Positions 1-10,750 of a stretch of DNA of 64,000 nt are shown here, in pieces. The position numbers and the translations under genes were made by a program. The stretch comes from Candidatus Hodarchaeota archaeon (GTDB lineage: Archaea; Asgardarchaeota; Heimdallarchaeia; Hodarchaeales; Hodarchaeaceae), in contig JBHLKC010000001.1 in NCBI GenBank assembly GCA_048887065.1, positions 1,264 to 65,263 of the forward strand. Direction: 5' to 3'. Within the stretch, counting starts at the first letter, position 1, and each line of letters begins with the position of its first letter. The notes under the pieces are model-generated. The model worked only from the letters and a program-made list of their open reading frames with translations. It was not told where the DNA came from and made no database searches.

Positions 1-146
1 TTGGAGCACATGATAGAAGGATTATTTTCGTTTGAAATATTTGAAAATCAGATTAAATCCCCTAAAATCTTTTTCTCCTCACTCTATTTGTGTTAAGGCG
101 ATTAATAAGCTGTTATTTAATGATCTGGAATGAAAAGTATCTTATT

Positions 147-1226
147 TTAGGAATTATTAAAGAAATTATCAAGAACTACCTTTTGAGAATCTATTAAATT
201 GTACTTTGTAAAGGTTATCAAATGATCTAAATGCTTGATCCATGAGGGTGTCATCTTGTTTGGAAAACAATCCTGTAACTCTTTTAGAACATCTAATAGA
301 GTTGATAATGTATTACTTTTTGTAAATCGATAAACTGAATCAATAATATTAAAAAAATCAGTTGTTCCAAACACTTTATATTGATCTTGAATCAAAGAAG
401 GTTTCCATTCTTCCATAATTCGAGTTTTTATTAAATTGGAATATTTAGGATTAACTTCATAACCGATTCCTACTCTCCCTGACAATCTACAGACCTTTAG
501 TGTTGTTCCAGAACCTAAAAACGGATCCAGAACAGTTTCTCCTATAGCAGTATGCATTCGTATTAAACGGTACGGAATTGCTTCTGGAAAAGGCGCAGAA
601 TGACCAAATCTATTCTGGCCTTTAGAATCAATTTTAAAAACTGGAGAGATATCATCCCAGATACATCTTACTGCCCAGTGTCGCCATTCGGATTTTGTAA
701 GTAAACTTTGATCTTGGATAGGTTTTGAGATTTTTCTTGTTTTTCCAGGTTTGACCCAGACAAATATTTGTTCAAATCCAGTATTTGATGCAATATTTGT
801 TGGTTTTGGATAGCTTCCCCAAGAAACATTGGATACATATTCAGCTTTATCCCAATAATGCATCCCTGAAAGAAATAGATTATTCTCTCGCATAAAACGT
901 TCAATATCAAACATAATATTTTGGATCATGCGTCTTCCAAATCCAGATCGACTGCTTTCAATTGGTAATGGTTGAACATTGATAGCTATCTTGCCATTTG
1001 GTTGTAGGACGCGTATACATTCTGTCCAAACTCTATTTAAAGATTTAATATATTCTTTATAACTTTGGCCAAATCCTATTTGCTCTCCACCATAATCACG
1101 AACACTCCAATAAGGGGGGGATGTTACTACAAGAGTGATCGATTCTGATGGAATCTCTTCCATGTTTTCGGACGATTTAAAATAAATTGTTTGGTCTGCT
1201 ATCTCCATCTTATCCGATTCAATCAT
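147..1226 (-). CDS. DNA methyltransferase (N6-adenine/N4-cytosine, beta-class) with about 80-aa C-terminal extension
   Basis: SPPY catalytic motif (motif IV, ...LVVTSPPYW...) lies before the AdoMet motif DPFLGSGTT, which is beta-class order. 359 aa. Overlaps the next gene by 8 nt. Confidence 0.8.
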   Translation of the reverse strand: MIESDKMEIADQTIYFKSSENMEEIPSESITLVVTSPPYWSVRDYGGEQIGFGQSYKEYIKSLNRVWTECIRVLQPNGKIAINVQPLPIESSRSGFGRRMIQNIMFDIERFMRENNLFLSGMHYWDKAEYVSNVSWGSYPKPTNIASNTGFEQIFVWVKPGKTRKISKPIQDQSLLTKSEWRHWAVRCIWDDISPVFKIDSKGQNRFGHSAPFPEAIPYRLIRMHTAIGETVLDPFLGSGTTLKVCRLSGRVGIGYEVNPKYSNLIKTRIMEEWKPSLIQDQYKVFGTTDFFNIIDSVYRFTKSNTLSTLLDVLKELQDCFPNKMTPSWIKHLDHLITFTKYNLIDSQKVVLDNFFNNS

Positions 1227-1800
1227 TGGTTTTTTCTCCAGATAGGATCTTCTCCAGATTAAAAGTGTCTTCTTTATACTTTGATTGTCTCCAATAAATG
1301 GGATTGTATTTTTTTAAGTCAAAAGACCAATCATTAATGATTTCGGGGTCAATCCCTATTGCTACTACTTCTCCAATAAACAAATCATGATCTCCAGTTG
1401 GAATTATTCTCTTTAATTTGCATTCCAGATTAATTAAACACTCTTTGATTCGTGGAGCATTGATCCTGAGTGAAGCTTCCATCGTAAATCCAGCCTGTGA
1501 CACTTTCTGTGGTTCATCGTGACCTGATACCCGCCCAATGTAATAACTTGCATTAATAAGACGAGTATTAGGTATATTAATTACAAACTCTTCTTTTTGT
1601 TTGATTAGACCATGTGAATAACGTTTTTTTGTAATCAAAACTCCTATAAGAGGTGGATCAGCCGATAAAGGCGTCGACCAAGCTATTGTTAGCGCATTTG
1701 GTTCATCTAAAGTCCCTGATGAAACTAAAATTGTTAATCTTGGATAAAGAAATCTGTAAGCAATAGTTAAATTCTCAATTAATTGTTTCATTATGATCAC
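1219..1800 (-). CDS. flavin reductase-like (FMN-binding split-barrel) protein
   Basis: 193 aa. The NALTIAWSTPLS..PPL.GV pattern is typical of Flavin_Reduct domain proteins. Family-level assignment from memory. Confidence 0.55.
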   Translation of the reverse strand: MIIMKQLIENLTIAYRFLYPRLTILVSSGTLDEPNALTIAWSTPLSADPPLIGVLITKKRYSHGLIKQKEEFVINIPNTRLINASYYIGRVSGHDEPQKVSQAGFTMEASLRINAPRIKECLINLECKLKRIIPTGDHDLFIGEVVAIGIDPEIINDWSFDLKKYNPIYWRQSKYKEDTFNLEKILSGEKTND

Positions 1801-1806
1801 TATTAA

Positions 1807-2703
1807 TTATTCTAATATTTGATTATTAATGTCTCCTAATCTTAATTTCCTTAATACTTCGAGATTTTTTTGGTCGCTAGAGGTATTTTCTTTTGGAGTT
1901 TCTAATATCATTGGCATTTTCTTAAACCTAGGATTTTGCATTAATTCTCTAAAACAATCTATTCCGATATATCCCATACCAATATGCTCATGATGATCAA
2001 TTCCTGAACCCAATTTTCCTTTTGAGTCATTAAGATGGAATAATTTCAGTTTATTTTTTCCCAATAAGGTATCAATCAAGTCTATAGTTTCATTCAACCC
2101 CTCAGGTGATGAGATATCATACCCTGTCGAGTATGCGTGAGCAGTGTCTACACACATTCCAATAAATTGATCCTGTTGAACTTTTCCAAGAATAGCTTCC
2201 ATATGTTCAATTTTATTCCCCCATACTTTTTTCCGAGCAGTTGAATTTTCCAACAAGATCATTACTGAATCTTTGATATGTCTAGTTGCCTTATTTAAAG
2301 CTTCAGCAACCCGTTTTACAGCAAATTTTTCATTTTGACTCTTTGGGCTTCCAAGATGTGTTACAATATATGGTGTCTCAAGTAACATTGCTTTCTTTAC
2401 TTCCTCAATTAAAACCCTAACCGATTTTTCATAGAGTTCAGCATCAGGTGAGGCCAAATTAGGTAAATAAGGCATATGGATAGCAGTATCAAAGTAATTG
2501 GCTGCTTCCGATTTTTTTTTAAACAATTTAACGATTTCAGGTGACATGGCACCTTTTCCTGCTTCCCATCTTCTTGGAGGACGCGTGAATATTTGGATGC
2601 ATTCACATGTGTTTTTCACGCCACGGTCAACTGCTAGATCAAGTGATTTAGAAATAGACATATGAGCTCCGATTCTTGGTCTGATTACAGTTTCTATGGA
2701 CAT
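1807..2703 (-). CDS. nfo: endonuclease IV (AP endonuclease, Nfo family, TIM-barrel xylose-isomerase-like)
   Basis: 298 aa. Has the Nfo-type metal-binding histidine/aspartate/glutamate pattern (H..HAxY..N, HLNDSK, GxDHHExIG). Confidence 0.8.
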   Translation of the reverse strand: MSIETVIRPRIGAHMSISKSLDLAVDRGVKNTCECIQIFTRPPRRWEAGKGAMSPEIVKLFKKKSEAANYFDTAIHMPYLPNLASPDAELYEKSVRVLIEEVKKAMLLETPYIVTHLGSPKSQNEKFAVKRVAEALNKATRHIKDSVMILLENSTARKKVWGNKIEHMEAILGKVQQDQFIGMCVDTAHAYSTGYDISSPEGLNETIDLIDTLLGKNKLKLFHLNDSKGKLGSGIDHHEHIGMGYIGIDCFRELMQNPRFKKMPMILETPKENTSSDQKNLEVLRKLRLGDINNQILE

Positions 2704-2825
2704 TTTAATAATCCCATATTTCGAGGTTAAGATCGATTTAAAACATACTAATAAATATTTACTACAAACATATAGACGATTATTTATTCAGTCATAATTA
2801 AACCACTAATGATAATTGTGATAAT

Positions 2826-3752
2826 ATGGAAAATTTAGATCCTAAAACAAAGTGTCAAGTTAGTCTAATTGTTGCCACAGTGGCCGTATCTTGGGCTTCG
2901 ATATTTATTACCATTTTATTACAAAATGATGTTCCTGCTGTTGTCATTGCTTTTTGGCGCTTGTTTCTATCCGTTGTTTTTTTATTTCCTTTGATTTTGA
3001 GTAAGGAAATTAGAGACCAATTCAAACCACATCTTAAACTACCTTATCAAAGCTTCTTCTTACTTTCAGGTTTCTTTCTTTCTCTTCATTTCTTAAGTTG
3101 GATTCAGAGCTTGACGTCTTTAACTGTTGCAGCTTCAATAATTGTTGTCAATTCTTCTCCAATTTGGGTAATTATAATTTCTTTCGTATTATTACGAGAA
3201 AAGATTACATCGTATCAGTTTATTGGATTGATTTTTGGTTTTATAGGCTTATTTCTAATAACTCTTTCACAAGATACTCACCAAGCCACTGGTATAATTT
3301 CTGAAGGAATCCTTCTTGCACTCTTTGGAGCAATTATGGTTGCCTTTTATTTTATTATTGGTAAAAGAATGCGTACCCAATTCACTGTCCCCAATATTCC
3401 CTATGTTTTTTTTGTCAATTTTTTCTGTTCAGGCTTTCTTTTTGTTTTTACCCTTATTCTTGGTGAGAACATTCTTCACTTTGAGTTTCAAGACATAATA
3501 TGGTTTATAGGCCTAGCTATTGGCCCAAGCTTATTAGGACATGCTTTGTATACCTACGCTATGAAACATCTCTCTGCTCAAACTGTTTCTCTAGCGGTTA
3601 TCGGAGAAGCTGTGGGAGCATCTTTGTTAGCATGGATTATCTTTTCCCAAGGTTTATCCTCAACAATTCTAGTTGGAGGGTTTTTCGTATTTATTGGTAT
3701 TTATCTAAATGTAAAGTTTGATATATCCTACTATCAGCCAGAGGTTAATTAG
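2826..3752 (+). CDS. EamA/DMT-superfamily transporter
   Basis: 308 aa with 10 predicted TM helices arranged as two EamA-like halves. Confidence 0.65.
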   Translation: MENLDPKTKCQVSLIVATVAVSWASIFITILLQNDVPAVVIAFWRLFLSVVFLFPLILSKEIRDQFKPHLKLPYQSFFLLSGFFLSLHFLSWIQSLTSLTVAASIIVVNSSPIWVIIISFVLLREKITSYQFIGLIFGFIGLFLITLSQDTHQATGIISEGILLALFGAIMVAFYFIIGKRMRTQFTVPNIPYVFFVNFFCSGFLFVFTLILGENILHFEFQDIIWFIGLAIGPSLLGHALYTYAMKHLSAQTVSLAVIGEAVGASLLAWIIFSQGLSSTILVGGFFVFIGIYLNVKFDISYYQPEVN

Positions 3753-4893
3753 TATTAGAAAAATGAAAATATCAAAAGAAGGATTCAGAATAATACAAAA
3801 GAATTATATTTTCAAAAATATCGCGCTGATTCAAAAGATAATTTGTGATTCAAACCTATTGCATTTTTCAAATTATCAGACAATTGAGAGGTCAAGAATG
3901 GTAGATCCACAGATTATTAACCAGATTATCGAGATTCTGTTATCGAAAATTGAATCAAAGGATCAAGAACAAGGGCGATTGTTGGTTCACGATGATTTTG
4001 AGAAATACGATTCACGGATTAATCTTTGGGCTATCCGAGAAAACATTAGAGACCTTAAAGAAACAACTATTACGGATTTAGACGACTTTCCTGGTGTGGA
4101 AGTCAAAGTAACTTATGCTCCTCCTATGTTTTTTACAGACGTTTTACAGGGCAAAAATGTTGCTTATTGGCAAGTAGCTACAGTCATTCGATTGTTGAAA
4201 AATTGTGAAATTATTTTTGATCCCAATGGAAAGATGCTTCAATGGGTAGAACAGGCTCCTCACATTGGGTGGAATTCTGAGACAATTGAGCTAAAGCGTC
4301 AAACAACTAGGTTGTTACTGGAAAGAATGAACAATCGAATTCGAGATGATATGATAGCAGATGCCTATATCTGGTTAATTAAAGCAGCAGAAGAAGCTAT
4401 CTGTGTCCCCCTAATGATTCAGAATGCATTCGATGTTGGTACCGCCACACTTATGCTGGATGCAGTAAAAGAATTGGATGAAGAAATCTATGATTTCTTT
4501 ACCAATCTGTTGCAGATTAAAGCAATTTCCCCTGATAAGCTTGAAAAAGCTAGAAAAGAGCTCGAAAATCTTGCAGATCATTTATATAAAAATAATATTA
4601 AAACAGACCGTGAAATGTGGATTCTTGCTGCATTTGTATCTATTAACGAATCTGAAAGACGTTTAAATCAGTGTTTAAAAACTGATAACCCAGAAGAGGC
4701 CAATAAACTTTTTGAAACAGCTATAGGTGAGCTTTGGCAAGCTTATTTCCTTGTTGCTCAAAATCCAAAGTTAGATATAAAATTGGATCCTTGGGTTGTA
4801 AGTTCTTTCTGGCGGTGGTTTGGATTCCCAGAACTAGATGAAAATTGGTTATTAAATCATGCCAAACGAGTAGAAGAGCTAATTAGTACTTAA
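3718..4893 (+). CDS. hypothetical protein (likely true start at 3763 MKISKEG or 3898 MVDPQ)
   Basis: Long ORF with coding-like composition and no recognisable motif. The 5' end overlaps the upstream EamA gene, so an internal start is more likely. Confidence 0.4.
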   Translation: MIYPTISQRLISIRKMKISKEGFRIIQKNYIFKNIALIQKIICDSNLLHFSNYQTIERSRMVDPQIINQIIEILLSKIESKDQEQGRLLVHDDFEKYDSRINLWAIRENIRDLKETTITDLDDFPGVEVKVTYAPPMFFTDVLQGKNVAYWQVATVIRLLKNCEIIFDPNGKMLQWVEQAPHIGWNSETIELKRQTTRLLLERMNNRIRDDMIADAYIWLIKAAEEAICVPLMIQNAFDVGTATLMLDAVKELDEEIYDFFTNLLQIKAISPDKLEKARKELENLADHLYKNNIKTDREMWILAAFVSINESERRLNQCLKTDNPEEANKLFETAIGELWQAYFLVAQNPKLDIKLDPWVVSSFWRWFGFPELDENWLLNHAKRVEELIST

Positions 4894-4971
4894 AAGGCTT
4901 TTTTGGTACTCAACTTTTTAATAAGGTCGTTATAGTCAGAAGAATTTCATAAAGAGAAACCTATCTATTTT

Positions 4972-5898
4972 TCATTCACTTGAATTAAACCATTCCCATG
5001 TTTTTTGTATACCGAATTCTAATTCAGTTTTAGGACTCCAATTCAAGTATTTTTTGGCTTTTATTGATTCTAATGCTATATTTTTAACATCACCAGGTCT
5101 TGGATTACTAAATTTTTTATGTGCGGAAATATTTGTGACTTTCTCAATGATATTTATTAATTCCAAAAGATTAGTCTGTTTTCCTGTTCCTGCGTTAAAT
5201 ATATCTATTACTGATGAATTTATTGCTTTAATACAGATATCTGCGATATCTTTCACATAAATATAGTCCCTAGTATCTGTTCCATCTCCAAAAATTTCCA
5301 AAGGAAGTCTTTTCTTTAGATTTCCTAAAAAAATTGAGATGACACCTGCTTCGCCTAAAGGATCTTGACGTGGCCCATATATGTTTGCTGGCCTGATAAT
5401 CGAATAAGAAAGGTTATGGATTCGATGAAACAGCTGAAGGTACTTCTCACCTACTAGTTTACTAAGGCCATATGGTGAAATAGGTTCCTCTGCTGTAGAT
5501 TCCGATACTGGTAAATGTAGAGGTTCCCCGTAAATTGCTCCTCCAGTAGAAACATAAACAAATCTCTTTACCGAACTAATGCAAGAAGCTTCTAAAAGGT
5601 TAATTATACCTTCAATATTTACAGAAGCGTCATAAGCGGGTTCACGTACAGATCTGTTTACCGATATTTGGGCAGCTAAGTGAAAAACATAATCCACGTC
5701 ATTTATTGCTTTTTCTACAATTTCAGGATTACGAATGTCTCCCTCAATGAGCTTAATGTGTTTTTCAACAACCTTCAGGTTTCTTCGTTTTCCAGTGCTG
5801 AAGTCATCCAAACAGACCACATTATGGTTATTTGCTATAAGTTCTTCAATTAAATGACTACCTAGGAATCCAGCCCCACCAGTAACTAAACAATCCAT
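4972..5898 (-). CDS. NAD-dependent epimerase/dehydratase (UDP-sugar 4-epimerase-like SDR)
   Basis: N-terminal Rossmann motif VTGGAGFLGSHL, catalytic YxxxK (SPYGLSK). 308 aa. Confidence 0.85.
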   Translation of the reverse strand: MDCLVTGGAGFLGSHLIEELIANNHNVVCLDDFSTGKRRNLKVVEKHIKLIEGDIRNPEIVEKAINDVDYVFHLAAQISVNRSVREPAYDASVNIEGIINLLEASCISSVKRFVYVSTGGAIYGEPLHLPVSESTAEEPISPYGLSKLVGEKYLQLFHRIHNLSYSIIRPANIYGPRQDPLGEAGVISIFLGNLKKRLPLEIFGDGTDTRDYIYVKDIADICIKAINSSVIDIFNAGTGKQTNLLELINIIEKVTNISAHKKFSNPRPGDVKNIALESIKAKKYLNWSPKTELEFGIQKTWEWFNSSE

Positions 5899-6089
5899 AA
5901 ATAAAACCCATTTATAATTGTAAATCTAACTCATCTTTGAATGTATGCCACTTAAGAATTTTGCCTACGTGTTGAAGTATAGTTCCAGTACAAAAGACGA
6001 TCAAAAGCTTTAACACTCACTATCGGACGGAATTTTCTGTTTAATAAGAAGAGAATTAATACTATTATAACCGCTTTGGAGATTTATAG

Positions 6090-6884
6090 ATGAAGATTGG
6101 TATAAGTAACGGTTCTGTGGTAACGCTAGAAGAGAAAATTATTAAGATCTACCCTAGTTTAAGAAATGTTTTTCCTATCATTACTGATCGAACTTGTCTT
6201 AACGAGCTTGAATTTAATGAGCTGAATGATCTGCCTCCTTTCGAACTACCAATCAAATCATCGAAGATCATCTGCTTAGCTAAGAATTATGCTGCTCATG
6301 CGAAAGAAATGGGAGTGGAACCAAAAGATCTTCCCGTAAATCCCTCCCTATTCCTAAAACCAGCATCAGCATTAATTGGCCCAAATGAAAATATTATAAT
6401 CCCTCCCCAAACTCAACAGGTTCATCATGAGGTTGAATTAGCTGTAATAATTGGAAAAAAAGGAAAAAATATACCTTTAGAGGAGAGTATGAGCTATATT
6501 TTCGGTTACAGTATATTACTCGATATTACCGCTCGAGATATTCAATCTATTGCTAAGAGAGATGGTCGCCCTTGGTTTGAAGCGAAGGGCTTCGATACTT
6601 TTTCTCCAATAGGCCCCTTAATAGTAACAACCGATGAAATTACAAATCCTCAGAATCTTGATTTAGAATTGAAACTAAATGGAGTAACAAAACAGCGAGG
6701 AAACACAAAAGATATGATCTTTAAAATCGACCAAATAATTAACTATTGTAGCTCAATTGTAACCTTAGAACCTGGTGACATTATAGCTACGGGGACTCCA
6801 GATGGAGTAGGCCCTTTCAAGAAAGGTGATCGAATAGAGGCAACTATTGAGTCGATTGGAACACTTAAGCTGGGAGTTGCCTAG
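6090..6884 (+). CDS. fumarylacetoacetate hydrolase (FAH) family protein
   Basis: 264 aa. C-terminal FAH-fold pattern (EVELAVIIGKKGKNI, GDIIATGTPDGVGP). Confidence 0.8.
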   Translation: MKIGISNGSVVTLEEKIIKIYPSLRNVFPIITDRTCLNELEFNELNDLPPFELPIKSSKIICLAKNYAAHAKEMGVEPKDLPVNPSLFLKPASALIGPNENIIIPPQTQQVHHEVELAVIIGKKGKNIPLEESMSYIFGYSILLDITARDIQSIAKRDGRPWFEAKGFDTFSPIGPLIVTTDEITNPQNLDLELKLNGVTKQRGNTKDMIFKIDQIINYCSSIVTLEPGDIIATGTPDGVGPFKKGDRIEATIESIGTLKLGVA

Positions 6885-7214
6885 TTGACGAGCTTAGACC
6901 AAATAATATCATTTTTAGAAATAAAAAAAGATCTTATTGGTGCAATTCAAGCTACTCCTTGGAGTATTTTATTAATTGTAACAGAAGATCAGTTTCTGAA
7001 ATATTCAAATTTTTTTAAGCGTTATAATGCAAATATGAAGTTCCTAGAAAAACGAAATAATAATATACTTGATATTCACTTAAGTTTCGATATACAACCA
7101 AGAATAGATGTTACATTTCGCGTTGTCGATTATTTGCCCAATTTTTTCCTTCGAATTAAGGAATTGTTTCCTACTGCAGAAATATTTGTTCAGGAAATTA
7201 AGAGTTTCCAATAA
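6885..7214 (+). CDS. hypothetical small protein
   Basis: 109-aa ORF immediately following the FAH gene. No motif recognised. Confidence 0.3.
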   Translation: MTSLDQIISFLEIKKDLIGAIQATPWSILLIVTEDQFLKYSNFFKRYNANMKFLEKRNNNILDIHLSFDIQPRIDVTFRVVDYLPNFFLRIKELFPTAEIFVQEIKSFQ

Positions 7215-7220
7215 AGAAGA

Positions 7221-7622
7221 TTAATTCTCTTGACTTAATCGTTTAGCATTTTCAAGATGAGTTCTTATTAACGAAAGTAAATCGTCCGCACTGAACGGTT
7301 TATTAATATAAGCATCAGCACCTGCTTCTTCTCCTGCGATTCGGTCTTTTTTGCCGACTTTCGCTGTGAAAAGCAGAACAGGTATCCGTTTCAACTTGGG
7401 GTGTTGTTTAATCCATTTACAGACTTCTAAGCCGTTCTTCTTAGGCATAAGAACATCTAAAAGTATCAAATCAGGCTTTTCTTCTCCCCTCTCTAGGAAA
7501 TCGATCGCCTCCTCCCCATTTGAGGCTGAAAAAACGCGAAAGCCTTCATATTCCAAAACCATCTTGGCTAATTCAACAGTATCTTCTTCATCATCAACGA
7601 CTAATATAGAATCGTTCTGCAT
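7221..7622 (-). CDS. stand-alone response-regulator receiver (CheY-like)
   Basis: 133 aa. Has acidic pocket DDEED, phospho-acceptor Asp in LILLDVLMP, and conserved T (LFTAK) and K (NKPF). Confidence 0.8.
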   Translation of the reverse strand: MQNDSILVVDDEEDTVELAKMVLEYEGFRVFSASNGEEAIDFLERGEEKPDLILLDVLMPKKNGLEVCKWIKQHPKLKRIPVLLFTAKVGKKDRIAGEEAGADAYINKPFSADDLLSLIRTHLENAKRLSQEN

Positions 7623-7807
7623 TCAATATTCTCCTAGTTACACTTGTTTCAATCGCTTAGAAATTTCACTGAACTTTTCATATTTTACTTTGTAGGAAGT
7701 CTATATGAATTGAAATGATATCTCTATCAAATTGCCTGAGCTGAAGCTTTATAATGTTAGGCTTTTAACTAACTTTTCTTAGTTTAAATCTATTGTTATT
7801 AATTTCG

Positions 7808-8689
7808 TTATACGAAGAGCTCTATTAACTCTTGTATAAGTGCAACAACTTGATCTCTCCCTATTACGATTGAGATTAATGCGACAATCATCATACCACC
7901 GAAAATTTGCTGTAGTTGTTTAGTATTGATTTTCCTAATTATGAGAGGACCAATTTGAGCTCCTATTATTATTCCGATAATTAAGAAAATAGCTAGGTCG
8001 GGATGAATCTGTCCTCGCGAGATTTTTACTGCTGCACCTGCAATACTAGTAAAAATCATTATAAACATAGATGTTGCAACTGCTTTATGCATTGGTATTT
8101 TACCAACTGTTACAAGAACAGGTACCATCACTACTCCTCCTCCTATTCCTAAAAGGCCAGAGGAAAATCCTGCGATAAATCCTAATAATGTACTTAGTAA
8201 TTCACGACGTTCAAATCCAAACAAAATTACTTCATCATGCTCTATCTCTAGTTCTCCCACTTTGTCACTTTTCTTTTCTTTAGGATAAAAGATCATCTTA
8301 ATTGCTATTGGTAGTAAACATAAAGCAAAAATCAAGCGAAATATAGCTGGAGCTTCAGAAACAAGTATAGAACTAGTTGTACTTCCTAATACTGACCCTA
8401 TCACTGTTGTTGTAGCTACTAAGAGACCTGTTCTATATTCTATAATTTTAGGTTGTCGTGCGTAGGCGATGGTTGAGGATAAAGCTGTAAAAATTATCAT
8501 ACATAAGACGGTACCAATAGCGTAAGCTTCGTCGATTCCTAATAGGATAAGAGAAGGAGTTGTAATAAAACCTCCTCCTACTCCGAGTGCTGAAGAAATA
8601 ATACCAACGAAAAATGCAAAGATAACTGCTAAAAAGCCTTCCATAAGATTATTTAAAATTGGATCCCCGATTAGCTGTTGTACTGACAT
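7808..8689 (-). CDS. TauE/SafE family sulfite/anion exporter
   Basis: 293 aa with 8 TM helices and the duplicated Gly-rich GxGGG repeats (GVGGGFITTP, GIGGGVVMVP) typical of TauE/SafE. Confidence 0.75.
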   Translation of the reverse strand: MSVQQLIGDPILNNLMEGFLAVIFAFFVGIISSALGVGGGFITTPSLILLGIDEAYAIGTVLCMIIFTALSSTIAYARQPKIIEYRTGLLVATTTVIGSVLGSTTSSILVSEAPAIFRLIFALCLLPIAIKMIFYPKEKKSDKVGELEIEHDEVILFGFERRELLSTLLGFIAGFSSGLLGIGGGVVMVPVLVTVGKIPMHKAVATSMFIMIFTSIAGAAVKISRGQIHPDLAIFLIIGIIIGAQIGPLIIRKINTKQLQQIFGGMMIVALISIVIGRDQVVALIQELIELFV

Positions 8690-8880
8690 TTATTGACTCT
8701 CATTTCTTTATTAAGGCTAGAGATAAGGAATATTATTCCAAATCTTCCTTCTTTTACCTCAAGGATCCTTTTTTCTATTATCTATAAGAGTATTAAGCAT
8801 GAATAAGAATCTTTTAGAATACAACACTAAACCTAAAAGAAGGGTGTTGACGGGAAACCGTAAAAAAAAAGATTTATAGA

Positions 8881-9282
8881 TCAATTAGTTATTACTTTCT
8901 TTAAAAATTCTGTATATCTACTTGAATCAAAAGGATAAGATGGATTAAGCTTGAATTTTTCCTTTTTATGCATTATTTCTAATGCTGGTGTTCTCAGAAT
9001 TCTTTTTAACAACAAATATCTTATCTTTTTCGCTATTCCTGTAATATCTTTGACCTCTAAAGGGATTCCATGTTTTTCACAATGATTCCTTGTATTGATA
9101 ATAACTTTTTGCATTTCAGTGGAATAAAAATTCTTTTCTAAATTGATTGCTGCCATTGAAATTCTTTCATTAACCACAAGTGAATGGCAATGTCCCTTTT
9201 TACATCCTCTTTCTATTACTACTGGTCTTGACACTTTACTAACATACAGCGTTACCTGAATGTTACTTTTATCTTCTGACAT
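8881..9282 (-). CDS. hypothetical Cys/His-containing protein
   Basis: 133-aa ORF with a CKKGHCH cluster. No family recognised. Confidence 0.3.
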   Translation of the reverse strand: MSEDKSNIQVTLYVSKVSRPVVIERGCKKGHCHSLVVNERISMAAINLEKNFYSTEMQKVIINTRNHCEKHGIPLEVKDITGIAKKIRYLLLKRILRTPALEIMHKKEKFKLNPSYPFDSSRYTEFLKKVITN

Positions 9283-9427
9283 GGATCAAAACTCCTCTCA
9301 ACGTTCCGATTTTTCGGAACGTTCCCATTATTAAAAAAGTTAACTTTTTCTGCAAAAAAAAATATGAATCTAATTCTTTCTTTAAAACACCATTTATAGG
9401 TTTTAACCTTAAAATATGTTGATAAAA

Positions 9428-10027
9428 TTATTCAGAACCAGTAAAACCAAAAAAGAAACTCCCATAAGTTTTCTCATAGGCCTCATTGTCAATAGTATCT
9501 CTTAGTTGATTTCCAAACTTAGTCTCAAAAAAATTCTTGAAGTCAGATAAAAACTGTTGTTCTCTATCCATTGAATAAAATAAAACTCCAATATCCCTTC
9601 GAAGCTGTTTTCTCTTTTCTGCTTTCAATATACCTTCCTTTATTTCCTCATTGGTCAAATTCAGGGTTTTTCTGATTTCTATCTTTAGTAAGGCTAAAAT
9701 AATAAATAGATTAAACAATTTTAATTCCCTAGGCTTTTCCATGATTTCTTGTGGATTTTTTAGTATTTTCTCGAATTCTTTGCTAATGCGATATTTTTTC
9801 AGGTTCAAAGATTGTTTCACAGTAATTACTTCGGCTTCAATCAACCCAGAGTTTAGCATCTCTTTAAGATTGTAATACATTTTGGTTTTCTTGAATTTAA
9901 GAGTGTTGATGAGCTCCTTGGCAGTAATTCCTGGTTTTAGAAAGATTTCAGACCAAATCGCAGTCCTAGTTGGATTCGTCATCAATTCCTCGAACACCCT
10001 CATCTCGAAAGACAATTCATACACCAA
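9428..10027 (-). CDS. putative winged-helix transcriptional regulator
   Basis: N-terminal HTH-like segment (ITAKELINTLKFKKTKMYYNLKEMLNSGLIE). 199 aa. Confidence 0.4.
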   Translation of the reverse strand: MVYELSFEMRVFEELMTNPTRTAIWSEIFLKPGITAKELINTLKFKKTKMYYNLKEMLNSGLIEAEVITVKQSLNLKKYRISKEFEKILKNPQEIMEKPRELKLFNLFIILALLKIEIRKTLNLTNEEIKEGILKAEKRKQLRRDIGVLFYSMDREQQFLSDFKNFFETKFGNQLRDTIDNEAYEKTYGSFFFGFTGSE

Positions 10028-10249
10028 GTTTAGAAGTGTCTCGCAGATACTTAATAATTTTTGATATTTACTTGGTATCTTAATGCTATAAAATCAGAGT
10101 TTTTCTTTTTCGTACTCTTTTGTAAGATTAGAAAGGTATCTAAAGTTCCTATAGACATAGAACATGTCAAAGAACTTCTCCCTTTCAATTTCTGAATATC
10201 TTCAGTACCAATAGAAGTATTTATAACAGGTGATTTAGAAAATATATGG

Positions 10250-10750
10250 TTGATAAATATGCCTGGTTATTCTACACATTTTTTTATTGGATTCCTGATT
10301 GCAATCCCTTTTTTCCACTGGGATAAAAAGGATCGTCTAAAAACACTAGTATTAGGGGCTTTTGCGGGAATTATTCCTGATATTGACGGGATTTGGGCTG
10401 TAATTATAGTCGAGACAGGAAATCCAACACTGGATTATCTCTTCTCACATCGGGGATTCTGGCATAATCCAATTCTGCCACTTGGATTTGCAATTATTTT
10501 AGTTATATACCTCATAATCATATTCTTTCCCCAGCGAGAGATGGCAAAAGACCATTTTTGGTCATTATCACCTATCATATTTGCATGGTTCTCTCACTTA
10601 ATCTTAGACTTTGGTTTTACCGAAACAAACAGTACTCCCGCATTAATCTTTGAATTACCGTTTCTTGCCGTTTACGCGCTAGATCAAATATCCGCTTTCG
10701 CTATTTCGGCCCTTTTTGGATATATCCTTTGGAAACGAGCAGGTTCGTGA
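10250..10750 (+). CDS. membrane-bound metal-dependent hydrolase-like protein (YdjM/DUF457-like)
   Basis: 166 aa with 4 TM helices and conserved His positions (STHFF, HRGFWHNP, SHLILD). Confidence 0.45.
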   Translation: MINMPGYSTHFFIGFLIAIPFFHWDKKDRLKTLVLGAFAGIIPDIDGIWAVIIVETGNPTLDYLFSHRGFWHNPILPLGFAIILVIYLIIIFFPQREMAKDHFWSLSPIIFAWFSHLILDFGFTETNSTPALIFELPFLAVYALDQISAFAISALFGYILWKRAGS

